A stretch of 64,000 nucleotides of DNA, from the NCBI RefSeq assembly GCF_009914755.1, contig NC_060929.1; one strand, given 5' to 3'. The translations under genes were made by a program, and so were the position numbers. Shown in pieces: positions 43,147 through 61,012 of this stretch. Position 1 is the stretch's first letter; each line of letters opens with the position of its first letter. Source of the stretch: the human T2T-CHM13v2.0 reference genome, Homo sapiens. Below the pieces are notes generated by a model. It saw only the letters and a program-made list of their open reading frames with translations. It searched no databases and had not been told where the DNA came from.

Positions 43147-45909
43147 GTGCTTATTGTGTGTCACATGGTCTCCTAAGTGCTTTATATACATTAACATTTA
43201 ATCCTTGCAACAATCCTATGAAGTTATTCCCATTTTATAGTGATGTAATAGAGGTACAAAGTTAGAGTAATGACTTGCCCAAGGTCACCTAGCTAGAAGG
43301 GGCACTTTCTAGATTAGAATCCTGATAGCTTGGCCTCAAAATCTGTACCTATAATTTATTGCTGTACTGTTGTTCCTCTCCTGCCTTTTCTGAGCTGACT
43401 CACATTCATCTGAATTTAGTGACTTATGCTTCCTCTTAGAGATTTTCCTGTCATTTAGTTCTTTACTAATCAAAAGTAATAACAGAATTGATGGCTAATT
43501 TTATTCTAGGACTTGATGATTCTCTAGAATAAGAATTTTGCATTCATGGAAAAGATTATACTTTTATAGTGGCAAAGCTTATACTCTGTTAAGATTGAAT
43601 AGAATATTTGAATACCTTTAAAGAATTTAATTTATCTGGAAGGAAGCTTTTGCAATCCAAGATTGTGTTCTGTTGTAACAGTTTTTATCATGCATGCTCG
43701 GAAGAGGGCAGGAAGTATAACCAGTATAATCGGAGTAGTTGGTATTCAGGCCTGTGACATCAGAGAAACATTTTCTGAAAATAAACCTCAGCTTCTGGGT
43801 TTTCTGCTTCAAAATAAGGTAACCCTGTGATGAATAAAAGAAAGCAGAAAAGACTACATATGGTATGATTCCATTTATGTGAAATTCAAAAACAGACAAA
43901 AACTATGTATGATGCCAGAGATCAAAATAATGGTTACTCCTGGCTGTGGAGTTGGGAAACTAGGGTGGGACTGGTTATTCATTGGGTTAGGAACAAAGGA
44001 ACTTTCTGGGGTGTTAGGAATATTCTGTATCTTAATCTTGATATAAACATTCTTCAAGATAGATAGTTATGACTTGTGTACTTTGCTGTACGTTTTATGT
44101 CAGCAGAGAAAGATAGCCCAGCATTTGAGTTATCCGGTAGACTCAACCCAATGCCTGCCTGGTGTTAGGTCTTTCACCTATAGCCCTCATGGTCTTCCTG
44201 TCCATTTCTAGGCCAATATTGTTTATACTGACTCTCTAACTAGCATTTGATGAGTTTAGAACTTTATTGAGTTTGTTTAGAATAAGTGCTTCCTAGGTTC
44301 AGTGGACTTTGTCCACTGTTCATGCAGAAAATACAGATTTGGTCATCTTTCTTACCTTTCATGTAATTTAAGTATTGATGTCAGCCTTTTTGATGAAAAA
44401 TAATTTCTTAATTCTTTTTAGGGTTAAAAGGCTCCTTAGTTCAGTGTTACCAATCACGATTGATTTCACAAATGCAGTTGAAAGCTGTTTAATATCCTTT
44501 CCTATGGATATACCCAGGAATTTATTTCTCTGTCATTAGCTTGTGAATTATTAACTGCCCAGATCCTTTCTGCACCCAAACATAGCAGGTAGTGCCAAAT
44601 GGTCAAATTTTGTCACCTGGGGTCCATGTTCTGTGAATGGGACTCTTGGAAGAATGTAGCCTCACTGAGTGATGAACCCTTTAGGGACCCATTTTATTCC
44701 TTGCTTTGGTATTGCTTGTGGGATTCTCAGTCAGAATTATGTGTTCTCATGCTGTGTATCTGAGCTCTATATGGAAATTTAAGCTTTTTCTTTCCAGCTG
44801 AATGATTTTAGATTTATCTACTACTGTAGATACTCTCTCCACTCAAGTTCAAGTGTGTGGCATATTATGTTAATGGATACATAGGTAGAAATGGTTTCTT
44901 TTTCAAAGGAGGGAGGATCTCCTTTATCCTTAATTGGCGTCTGGTAATTAGTTAGGGCTTAATAAAGGTGTGATGAATGGATGAGCAGGGTCGGGTAGAT
45001 GGCTAACCTAAGCAGAACCTTCCTTGGTCATCTGTTTATGTTTTAGAATTCATGTGTCAGAGATTGTAGCAAAAAAACCCACCTTTTGTTTTTTTAAGAA
45101 GCCAACCTTTTGGAAGCCATGTGATTGGAAGCAGCAAGTGCTTGTAGGAATAAGGTCTCCCAGAAGAGCATACCTGCAGATTATGTCAAGGATCTCCTGG
45201 GTGGTTTTTAAGAATAACAACTAGTATTTGTTGAGCACCATGCTTGGTGTTAGCTTTATGTAATCTTCACAACAACCCCATAGTATCAGTCCCATGTTAT
45301 AGGAGTGGAATCTGAGACTCAGAAAGGTTGTTTCAGTTATCTGTTGTATAACATATCACCCCCAACTCACTGGCTTAAAACAACGATTTATTATTTCTCA
45401 TGATTCTCTGAGTTGGCTGGGAGGCTCTTCTTGCTTCGTGTGATCTTTCGTGGGGTCACTCTTGTTACTTAATTCAGCTGTCAGCCTGTCTGGGTGTAGG
45501 CTATCCAAGATGACCTCACTGACATGAGTAGGGTCTTGGTTTGCCTCCACGAGGCCTCTCTCAGCACATAGTCTGTCATCATTAGGTGGTCTAGCTTAAG
45601 CTGCTTTACATGACAACTAGCTTCCAATAGAGTGAAAGTGGAAGCTGCCAGGATTTTGGGCTAGGCCCAGAACTGGCACAGCATCACTTACCCCTTATTC
45701 CAGTATTCAAAACAAGTCTCAAGGCCAGTCACTTTCAACAGGAGGGGGAACAGATATCACCTTCCTCCTCCCCCTCTTTTTTTGGTATATTCGACATACA
45801 ATTCATGTACCATACAATTTACCCATTTAAAGTTGTACAATCCAATGGTTTTCAGTATATCAACAGAGTTTTTCAACCATCACCACTATCATAATTCCAG
45901 AACATTTTC

Positions 45910-47948
<2,039 letters not shown>

Positions 47949-49022
47949 TCTTCCCCACCATTAATCTACTCTGTCTCTATAGATTTGTCTGTTCTGGACA
48001 TTTTGTATAAATGGAACCATACAATATTTGGTCTTTTGTTACATGCTTCTTTCACTTAGCTTGATATTTCCAGGGTTCATCTATGTTGTAGCATGTATCA
48101 ATACTTTATTCCTTCCTATTGCCAAATAATATTCCATTGTGGATATACCACGTTTTAGTTATCCTTTCATTGGTTGATGGGCATTTAGGTTGTTTCTACT
48201 TTATGGCTATTAGGAATAATGAATAATGGCTGTTATAAACATTTGTATAAAATAGACTCCATCCTGGAGGAATGGCATGTGAATACAGGGTGAGAGGAAT
48301 TGGTGACCGTCTGTGCAAACAGTCCACCACATTCTGCCCTTTGCTCTCAACAATTTACATCCCCCTCATATGCAAAATATATCCACCCCCTTCCACCACC
48401 ACTAGATGTCTCATCCAATAATTACATCAGCTTGAAATCCAGAATATTATCATCTAGGTAGTCTATATGTAGGTAAGGCCTCTAACCTGCCATACTGGTC
48501 CATATACCCTAACTTTGTTCATGCTGCTTCCTTTACTTCCCACCTCTCATTCCCACTCTGCCACAACCTACCCTACACATCTCTGGCGATCAAAAGAAAA
48601 TATCTCTTCTTCCTTGAAGCTTTTGCTTACCTATACTATACCTCCAGTAGAATTTACCACTCCTATTTGCTTCAACTGCACCCTATACAGACTTCTTTCA
48701 GAGCCCTTCTTCTTGCTCCAGATTCAATAGTGTCTACCTTATGTACAGTCCATTTTAGCTTTTTTATGTCTGAATTCAATCAACCTTGCTCTTAGTGTTT
48801 AGGCTTTCACTGTTTGTTTTGGTCAAGACTCTTAAGGCTACAAGTGATAGAACCTTAGCCTTAGATATTAACCAGCAACGGAGGTTCACCAGACATCTGA
48901 GTAAAGAAAGCCTCCAAGATAAAAGATGATGATCCAAACAGAAAAAAGGGATTCTGAGGGAACAAACATTGCAGGGAGAAGAAAACCCTCCTACCAGAAA
49001 GTGGGGGAATCCTCTAATACTC

Positions 49023-49325
<303 letters not shown>

Positions 49326-49529
49326 TGCTAATATTCTTAAGTTATACTGAAGATAAATCTTATTGAAATAAGAGCAGTGGTACTGTATAAAATGAACTCT
49401 GGAAACAAAAGCACTTAGCAAAGAACAATGTGAAACTGATCTCACCCTAAGGATTAGATCCAAAAGGTCCATTTGGCAGCCAGATCTTGCCAGAGCAGAA
49501 TTTAAGGCATTTGCCATAGGTGGAAGGTT

Positions 49530-50620
49530 GATGTATGTTTTGGTTATCTATTGTTACGTCACAAACCACCCCCAATCTTAGAGGTTCCATAATTTGGACA
49601 GGGCTTGAGCAGAAAGATTGATTCATCTCTGCTCCTTGTTGGCACCTACTGAGGCTGGAACGTAGATAATGATAAGCAATTTGCTGGGTTGGATTTGTAC
49701 ACTTTCTACCGTCCAATATGATCCATCAACTTTCTTCTTGGCTTTGTATTATGTCCAAAAGGGTACTCTTGGATTGACTTACACTTGCAATACAGAGAAA
49801 GAAGCCATTTGGTTTGGCCAGTGCTTTAGAAGGGAGAAAGGGGTGGGAGCATGATGTCCAACTGCTGGGAGGGGTCAGGAGGCACCTACATGCTAGTATT
49901 TCTGTGTGCATTCCAAACCAGTGTTGGGTTTCTCCACTTCTACTGGCTTTGTTTGATCTTATTGTCCTTGAAGATTTGATTAACTTCAACCCTATTCTGT
50001 CAGCTGTTTCAGTTCCAATGGAACCTTGTAATTCTGGCTCATTATAACAAGAAATTATCTCAAATCCAAAAAGAAAAAAAAATCACGTCTGGTATTTCAG
50101 CTGACATGATTGAAACAGCGTAGGGTTGGTTGTCTCTGTCCCTCTGCATGGTCTCTCAGTGCTGCTGTCACAGCATGAGAGTTTCAGAGTAGGTGGGTTT
50201 TTTCCATGTTACAATGCAAGAATGGAATCTGCCAGGCCTTCCTGCACATGTACCCCTGAACATAAAATAAAAGCCTTAAAAAAGAAATGAAACAAAAAAC
50301 TTTCGATTTAACTTCTAATTTTGAAACAATTTCAGACTTAGAAAAACATTGCAAAGATAATACAAATGGTTCTGTATACCTTTCATCCCGATTTCCCCAA
50401 ACCTTACATAGCCACAATACAATGATCCATCAGGCTTTTTCACCCCCTTGGCTCAGAAGTCACACAATGTCACATCCATCACACTCTTGGTCAAAGCAAC
50501 ATGAAGTCTATCTAGCCTAGTTTCAAGGGGAGGAAAATAGACTTCATTCCTTGTTGGGAGAGTGGTAAGTCACATTGCAAAAAGGCATATGGGATGGGAG
50601 ATCTTTGGAAACATTACCAC
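49530..50620. mobile_element. Fragmented MLT1 LTR with a short L1 3'-tip (~50235-50285) and L1M pieces
   Basis: ggttatctattgttacgtcacaaaccacccc; ctcagaagtcacacaatgtcac; cctgcacatgtacccctgaacataaaataaaa. Confidence 0.55.
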
Positions 50621-51174
50621 AAGTTTCAGTGGTGACAGGTGAATTCCTGTTGACTGAAACATTCTAAATAACAAAACTATTTCTAGATTCTAATAAATAT
50701 GCCATAGTATCATAACTGTTTAAAGTGAAAAATTAAACACTATAACTAGGCTTATATCAGAATATAGGTGATCTGTCATTTTAAGGATACTCCTGTGAAT
50801 TGGTTAGAAAGTCATGGAAGAAGGGGGTTTTTTATTTTATCACCAAATTGAAATGACTTCCACTCAGATACCTTGAATCATCAGAAGTAGAAGAGTCCTC
50901 ACATGATCATCTGGGTTAGTTATTACCCTCTGACCTTATAGCAAACATCACTAGGCAATTACAGCTCCTTTCACTAAGCGTGAATACAGCTTCAGCATAC
51001 CCCAGCATTCTAGACAGGAACCGTGAATAGATTTGAATTGTTAGGAGTAAGACGAACCCATTTACCATTCCTTGCTAGGTTAACCCCCTCTTTTTAGAGA
51101 CATTTAAACTGAAGCCCAGAGAAGTTTAGTGACTTTCCAGGGTCAGTAAGTTTTAACTAGAATATAAGTTTCCT

Positions 51175-51477
51175 GCCAGGTGCAGGAAACTCATGCCTGT
51201 AGTCCCAGCACTTTGGGAGGCTGAGACAGGAGCATCGCTTGAGGCCAGGAGTTCGACACCAGCCTAGGCACCGTACTAAGACACCACACATCTCTACAAA
51301 TAATAAAAGAAAATTATCCAGGTGTGGTAGTGCGTGCCTGTAGTCCGATCTGCTCAGGAGGCTGAGGCAGGAGGATCACCTGAGTCCAGGAGTTCCAGGC
51401 TACAGTGAACTAGGATTGAGCCACTGCACTCCAGCTTGTGCGACAGAGCAAGACCCTGTCTCTCAACAACAACAAAA
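51175..51477 (+). mobile_element. AluJ
   Basis: Diverged dimer with (CAA)n tail. Confidence 0.85.
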
Positions 51478-53029
51478 CGTCTCCTGATCCCAGGCTAAGT
51501 GCATTTCTTCATTATGCCCTGCTGCTGTGATACAGCACAGATTCCACAGAAATTCTCAAACACCACCAAAGGAAAATATTTCCAGCCTTTTCCCTTCCTT
51601 ATCTGCACCCCCCCACCCCTAAAACATACAAAAACAAAACAAAAAACCACCAAAAAATTATAACAGAACACCAGTTTCCTGGTAGACAGAGGTAAAGTGG
51701 AGTGCAATAAAGCTGGATTCAAATCTCATTAACACTAGGACCTGAGCAAATTATTTTACCTCCCTGATCTTTGAGTGTGCCCTGCCTCCCCTTGTATGCT
51801 TCTCAAAGACGTTTTTTTCTTCTTTCACCTCTGCTTCCACTGCATCTTCAACAGTGCTGAGCGCGTGTGTGTGTGTATGTGTATGTGTATATGCTCAGTA
51901 AATACGTGTTAGATGAATGCAAGTATTACCATTTCAAAGGGTGGTTGTGAGTTCATGTTCAGTGTCTGGTGCCCTTGTCACTTTCCCTTAGAGACCCTTC
52001 CCTTGCTATTTTAACTCCCATAAGTCCAGATATTGGGGTTTTATTTATGTTCTTCTGGGGTAGGACTGTGATATCTGGCAACATACGGATTTAAAATGAA
52101 ATAAGTTCTACTTTAGCACAGTCCATTGGGATGCCCCCATGGAGCTCAAAAGCCTCATGGGCCTTTGAACCAGATTTCTAAGCCTGTATGTTGGGAACTA
52201 CCCAGTGACCCTGGTTCTTTGTGATTTGAAGACATGAAAAGGGAGTGCATCTTCAGGGGTACCCTTTTGGGCCCACCGGGCCATTGGCCAGCCAGCAGAA
52301 TGTTATGGGAGGCCTCTATATTCCACGGTCAGAGATTGTGGGGGAGGTGATAGAATGGCATATTTCTCCTGCACACTCTTCTTGGTGTCTTATGCTGCTT
52401 TCATTAGTCAGTGTGAGGAAAGAAGAGGAAGGAAATTTAACGGTCTGGCATCTCTGACTAATTGGCTCTAAGTATGGAATTACTGCCTGGCTTGTTTGAG
52501 CCTTTTATACTTTCTTTCATCAGAAACTCCAATCAGGCATTTTCATTGCCCTGGAAAGCCTTTCCAGCATAGACCAGTCCAGTGCCTTCTTTCTTTGCCA
52601 GGTATCAGATGACAGAATGTCCCAACAAGGACACTGCTTAGTGCCACCAAGAGCCACATTGGCTTAGAATCTAGGTAGAGTTTTTCCAGTTCCCTGAGCT
52701 TCTGCCTTCTTGTCTGTAGAGCTGGGATTACGGGATTGTGATAAAGAATAAATAAAGTAATGCATCTTTACAGTTTATGGCACCTTGATGAGCAGTGAGG
52801 AAGTTAGTACCCTCCCCTGGCCCACACAAATTTTCTGAATTTTTGCTTAGGGATGGATAGGGGTGGGGAAGACAAAGCTCTCTGGAAAGCAGGGAAAGCC
52901 AGTTGCTGAGGGTCACTCCTGATCTATCCCCACTGGCCTGAGGAAACTGGGACAGCTCCAAAGTCATCTCTCATCTGCAATCATGGCCATATAATTGATC
53001 CCCTCCTCCTGCTCATGCCCTCTGCTGTC

Positions 53030-53525
53030 TTATTCTCAAGACCGCCTAATAGCTTTCCATTTCACTGGAGTGAAAGCTAGAATCCTTGCAGCAACTAGCA
53101 AGTCCCTTTGTGAGCGGGCTGCTGCCACCTCTCTGACTCCTGCCACTTTGCCCCTGCGCCCTCTGCTCCACCTTCCCTCCCTTCCTCACCAGGCACATTC
53201 CAACTCTAGGGCTTTTGCCCTTGCCATGCCTTTCCCTCAGACATCCACAGCTTACAGTCTCACTTTCTTTTGAGCCTTGTTCAGCTGCCACCTAGTCAGA
53301 AAGGCCTTCCAGTCACCTCCCCCTCCCCCACCCCATATAATTGTAGCGCCCCCACTGGCACTCTCTGTCCCTGTTCTTCTGCCTGTTTTCCTTGCCTGAC
53401 ATACTGTGTTTACTTGTTCATTGGCTGCCTTTCTCTTCCCACTGGAGTATAAGCTCCTTGAAGGCAGAGATTTTTGAATGTTATATTCACTACTGAATTT
53501 TAAATATTTCTTGAATAGTTGAATG
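53030..53525 (+). mobile_element. L2 3' end
   Basis: ccactggagtataagctccttgaaggcagaga...aaatatttcttgaatagttgaatg. Confidence 0.75.
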
Positions 53526-53696
53526 TCCCCCTCTCCCAATCTCCTCGGGCTGCTCAGGGTATCCTGTGAGGTATTTCTCCTTCTGGCCTTACCTTGGGTT
53601 CCTTTTCCTCCTCCTCTCATCTGTACAGAATCCTGGGAGTATTGAGCTGCTGCTTCCTGAATTGCTGACATGTGTCAGGGCCTTGTGCTGAGCACT

Positions 53697-54022
53697 GTTG
53701 TTTGTTTGTTTGTTTGTTTGTTTGTTTGTTTCTTTTTTGAGACAGGATCTTGCTCTGTCACCCAGGCTGGAGTATAGTGGCATAAACAAGGTTCACTGCA
53801 GCCTTGACTTCCTGGGCTCAAGTGATTCTCCCATCTCAGCCTCCCAAGTAGCTGGGACCACAGGCATGTGCCATTGTACCTAGCTAATTTTTAAAAAATT
53901 TTTTGTAGAGAGGGGTCTCACCAAACACTGCCCCGGTTGGTCTTGAGCTCCTGGACTCAAGTGATCTGCCCGCCTCAGACTCCCCAAAGTGCTGGGATTA
54001 CAGGCGTGTGCCACCAAGGCTG
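53697..54022 (-). mobile_element. AluJ with (TTTG)n tail
   Basis: Reverse-complement Alu. Confidence 0.88.
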
Positions 54023-55019
54023 TCTCAGTTTATCTTCTAAACTGAGGATAATCCATTTAACTTTCCCCCTTCCTTTCACATCTCTGAGCACATATCCTGG
54101 GACATCCATTTGAATCTTCCAGTGCCCAAATGGTGTTTTCATGGAATGCCTCGGAAAAGTTTCACATAGACAGGGCCAGCATCTTTTAAGACTTTAGCTG
54201 GGTCTGTCAGAGGCTTGAGAAGCTTGTGGTTTCTGACCCAGCAAGTGGGTCTGGACACATATATACCTTTTGCTATGAGAAGAGAGAGAGAGAGCTCTGG
54301 TGGCCACAGAACCGTCTTCTCTGGCCCCTCAACTAGAAGACAGGCTGCTTATGGGGTCCTTCTGAAATTCCTGGCTCTTGAAAAGAGCTCAAACATCAGC
54401 TATCTCGAGGGCTTCCCTTTCCCCTACCCCAGAGAGGGCACTGGACTTACAACTTGCTGATCCTCAGCTTGGAGGGAAACTACCCCTCCTTACTTATTGC
54501 AGTGTTCTGTTGGCCTACATTTGGTGTAGACGATTTGCCACTGTACTAGGCTTTCCTGTGATAGGTCAAAGGTTTCAGATTACTTGAGGGTAAAGAGGTC
54601 CTAGTGGGAGTAATTGCCTCACCTGACCCTTGGATGTGCCAAAGTAGGAACTTAATGTACAACTCAAAGATTTAAATATTTTTTCTCCCTGCTTAATGAT
54701 TTTCTGTTTTTCTTAAAGACCAGCATTCCAAAAAACTTAGGGGCCTTTCATGGTCTGGCCCTGCTACTAGGTTCAGTTTCAGTTTCTCAGCATCATCAGG
54801 CTCCCTCCTTCCACATGGCTTTTGCAAATGCCACTTCCTCTGTGTGGCTTGGGAAATTCTTTGCTCCTCTCTTGGCTTAGTATAGGTAACCCCTATTAAT
54901 CATTCACATCTGAGTGGTACTCCTCACCTCCCAGTCTGGATCAGATTTCTGTCCTTCATAGTACTATCTTGATTTGTAATTTTATAGTCTTGACTCTACT
55001 TAAAGAATTAAGGTCTTCT

Positions 55020-55828
55020 CCAGGCAATAACAAATGCTGGAGAGGTTGTGAAGAAAAGGGAACCCTTGTACACTGTTGGGGGGAATGTAAATTAGTACAA
55101 CTACTATAGGGAACAGTTTGGAGGTTCCTCAAAAAACTAAAAATAGAGGTACTCTATGATCCAGCAATCCCACTGCTGAGTATTTACCCAAAAGGAAGGA
55201 AATCAATATATCAAAGAGATACCTGCACTCTCATGTTTGTTGCAGCTTTGTTCACAATAGCTAAAATCTGGAAACAACCTACATGCCCATCAGCAGATGA
55301 CTGGATTTTAAAAAAATGTGGTATTTATTCACAGTGGAGTACTATTCAGTCATAAAAAAGAATGAGATCATTTGCAACAACATGGATGGAACTGGAGGCC
55401 ATTATGCTAAGTGAAATAAGCTAGGCACAAAGACAAACATTGCGTGTTCTCACTTATTTGTGGGATCTAAAAATCAGAACAATTGAACTCATGGAGATAG
55501 AGAGTAGGATGGTAACCAGAGGCTGGCAAGGGTAGTAGGGGGAGGTGGGAATAGTTAGTGGATACAAAAGAATAGTTAGAAAGAATGAATGAGTCTGGTA
55601 TTTGCTAGCACAACAGAGTGACTATAGTCAGTAATAATTTTATTGTACATTTAAAAATAACTAAAAGAGTATAATTTGATTGTTTGTAACACAAAGGATA
55701 AATACTTGAGGGAAAGGATACCCCATTCTCTATGATGCATTACATGCCTGTATCAAAACATCTCATGTACCCCATAAATATATACACCTACTATGTACCC
55801 ACAAAAATTAAAATAAAAAAATATTTTT
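55020..55828 (+). mobile_element. 5'-truncated L1MA 3' end
   Basis: caggcaataacaaatgctggagagg...atgatccagcaatcccactgct...ctactatgtacccacaaaaattaaaa; 18-bp TSD. Confidence 0.9.
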
Positions 55829-55847
55829 AAAGAATTAAGGTCTTCTT

Positions 55848-56193
<346 letters not shown>

Positions 56194-56346
56194 CTAATTT
56201 AACCATTCACCAGTAACTACTTGTCACGTGATTCAAGATGAAGAAGAGTTTAAAGATATGCAGGAGAGAGGACAGAAGGGGACTGGAATAAGCTTTTTTA
56301 AGTGGTTAAACTCTGGGCTTGATTTTGTAGAAAAGACTGCTCGTAC

Positions 56347-56947
<601 letters not shown>

Positions 56948-57354
56948 TGTTTGCACTTTTTTTTTCCTTTCTCACCTTACTCATTTGTTGGGACCTGAGT
57001 AGAATATTCATTATGTAGCAGGGGGTTGGAGCACTGTTATAATACCAGCAGTCACAAATGTCTTAATAATCAGAATGGAGAGATGTAGTTTTGGGGCATT
57101 CTTGCCTCCACTGAGTTCTGGCCTTCACTCTTTTTCTGGTCCTTAAACATAGTAATAATGCTCATAAAAATTTTTTTAATTATCATAATTCACACACCCT
57201 ACTTTCTCAAATCATTTTCATTGTCTTATTTCCTAGTCAGTTCTTGTTTATACGCACATGTCATTTATACCTGGCTACCACTATAATGTAGATACCATTG
57301 TGTATTTTGGTCCCCCACCCCACCCACTTTTGTCATACGCAACTTTTCTATAGG

Positions 57355-57571
57355 TTAAAATTTCTCAGCCTCAGTGCTATTGACACTTGGGCCAGATGAT
57401 TTTTTGTTGTGGGGGCTGTCCTGTGTATTGTAGGATGCTCAGCAGCATCCCTAGCCTCTACCATTAAATACCAGTAGTAGCAATCACCTCAGTTATAACA
57501 ACTGAAAATGTCTCTAGACATTACCAAATGTCCCCTAGGGGCCAACATCACCCCTCCTTTGAGAACCACTG
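57355..57571. mobile_element. MER20 (hAT-Charlie MITE)
   Basis: ttctcagcctcagtgctattgacacttggg...aaaatgtctctagacattaccaaatgtcccct...ttgagaaccactg. Confidence 0.85.
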
Positions 57572-57596
57572 CCATAGAGTCTTAATTTAAGAAAAT

Positions 57597-57899
57597 TTAT
57601 TTTTCTTCTTTTTTTTTTTGAAATAGGGTCTTGCTCTGTTGCCCAGGTTGGAGTGCAGTGGTGCAACTTTGGCTCACTCCAACCTCTGCCTCCCAAGGCT
57701 CAAATAATCCCACCTTAGCCACCTGAGTAGCCAGGACCACAGGTATGCACCACGATGCCCAGCTAATTTTTGTATTTTTTGTAGAGACAGGGTCTCGCTC
57801 TGTTACACAGGCTGGTCTTGAGTTCCTGGGCTCAAACCATCTGCCCGCCTCGGCCTCCCAAAGTACTGGGATTACAGGTGTGAGCCACTGCACCTGGCC
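57597..57899 (-). mobile_element. AluJb-like
   Basis: Reverse-complement Alu dimer. Confidence 0.88.
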
Positions 57900-58224
57900 T
57901 TAATTAAAATTTTAAGTGAGCCATTGCTTTTGAACCCAGTGAAGGAAAAGGTCTTCCTAATAAGCTTCATGAGCAGCTGAAAAATACATGACTTTTTCTG
58001 ATGGCCTGCTGAGGGAGAAGGTTTTGGAAATTTGGAACTATAAAGAACTCTCTCCTGACTGGACAGGCTGTGTTTCTGAGCCTCTCTGCAGTCTGGGGCT
58101 AGAGAATCTGGATGTTTGGTAACAATTTCTAGATTAAAACCACCAGAACCAGAAGAGTTTGGGGCCAGTGGTTTAAGTTTTTAAGTATTAATTATTAAAT
58201 AATAAATACTAGCCAAATAATAGA

Positions 58225-59112
<888 letters not shown>

Positions 59113-59297
59113 TTATTTAGGTGCTTTGTGTACATTATCATATTGAATCCATATAGCAGTCCTAGTGATATCCCATTTTAGAGATGAGGAGACTGAGATT
59201 CAGAGGGATGACATAACTAAGCTCTGTTTAAATAGTAACTAGCTGAGCTATGAATTGAACCCAGGTCTGTCTAGTTTCAAATTTGTATTCTTAACTA

Positions 59298-60070
59298 CAG
59301 TCATGCACCGCCGCATAAGGATGTCTTGGTCAACAACAGGCCACGTAAATGACGGTGATCCCATAAGATTATAATGGAGCTGGAAAATTTCTATCCCTAG
59401 TGATGTCTTGGCCATCATGATATCGTCATAAAGTGATGTGTTACTCACATGTTTGTGGTGATGCTGGTGTAAACGAACCTACTGCGCTGCCAGCTGTATA
59501 AAAGCATGGCACATACAATTATGTACGGTACATAATACTTGATAATAAATGACTGTGTTACTGGCTTATGTGGTTTGGCGTGCAGTGGCAGGATCACAGC
59601 TCACTGCAGCCCTGACTTCTCTGGGCTCAGGTGATCCTCCCACCTCAGCCTCCCAAGTAGCTAGGACTACAGGTGCATGCCACCACACTCAGCTAATTTT
59701 TGTGAGCCACCATGCCCGGTCAGGAGTACACTCCAAAATATCAATTTAAAGTATAGTAAATATATAAACTAAGGTCAGGCACAATGGCTCACACCTGTAA
59801 TCCCAGCACTTTGGGAGGCCAGAGTGAGTGGACTGCTTGAGCCCAGGAGTTTGAGACCAGCCTGGGCAATATGGCCAAACTCCATCTCTACAAAAAAATA
59901 GAAAAACAACCAGGCGTGGTGATACACGCCTGTAATCCCAGCTACTAGAGAGGCTGAGGTGAGAGAATCACTTGAGCCCAGGGAGGTCAAGGCTGCAGTG
60001 AGCCATGATCATGCTAATGCACTCCAGCCTGGACAACAGAGTGAGACTCTGTCTCAAAAACAAAACAAAA

Positions 60071-60124
<54 letters not shown>

Positions 60125-61012
60125 CAGAGAGAGAGAGAACTCCTATTTTTTTTTTTTAAGTTAACCATAAAACAGCCTCAGGCAGGTCCTTCAGGAGACA
60201 TTCCAGAAGAAGTCATTAGAGATGAGCTCCATGTATGTTATTACCCCTGAAGACCTCCAGTGGGACAAGATGTGGAAGTGGAAGACAGTAATGTTAATGA
60301 TACTGACCTTCTGTAGACGTAGGCTAATGTGTGGGTTTGTGTCTCAGTTTTTAACAAAAATGTTTAAAAAGTAAAAAATAAATAAATTTTAAAAATAGAA
60401 AAAGCTTATAGAATAAGGGTATAAAGAAAAAACAGTTTTGTTTAGCTGTATAATATATTTATGTTTTAAGCAAAGTGTTGGTAAAGAGTCAAAAAGTTTA
60501 AAATTTTTTTCAAAGTTACAGTAAGCTAAGGTTAGTTATTGAAGAAAGAAATTTGTTTTATAAATTTAGTATAGCCTAAGTGTATGGCAGATAGTGTAAG
60601 TGTTCAGTATATATGAAGTCTGCAGTAGGGTATTGTAATGTCCTAGGCTTTCACATTCACTCACTTACTGACTCATCTAGAGCAACTTCCAGGCCTGTAG
60701 GCTCCATTCATGGTAAGTGCTCTATATATGTATACCAGTTTTTATCTTTTATACCACATTTTTACTGTACCTTTTCTATGTTTAGACACATAGATGCTTA
60801 CCATTGTTTAAAATTGCCTACAGTATTCAATATAGCAACATGCTGTACGCATTTGTAGCCTAGGAGCAATAGGTGATAGTATATATCCTAGGTGTACAGT
60901 AGGCTATACCACCTAGGTTTGTGTAAGTACACTATGATGTTCACACAATGACAAAAATGCCTAACAATGCATTTCTCAGAACATATCTCCATCATTGAGA
61001 GATGCATGACTG
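59298..61012 (+). mobile_element. Tigger3b-like (TcMar) DNA transposon with both TIRs, interrupted by an Alu fragment(-) ~59575-59720, AluJ(+) ~59773-60070 and (TA)n(GA)n ~60073-60138
   Basis: ta|cagtcatgca... start and ...tgcatgactg|ta end, TA TSD; internal cccataagattata motif. Confidence 0.85.
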
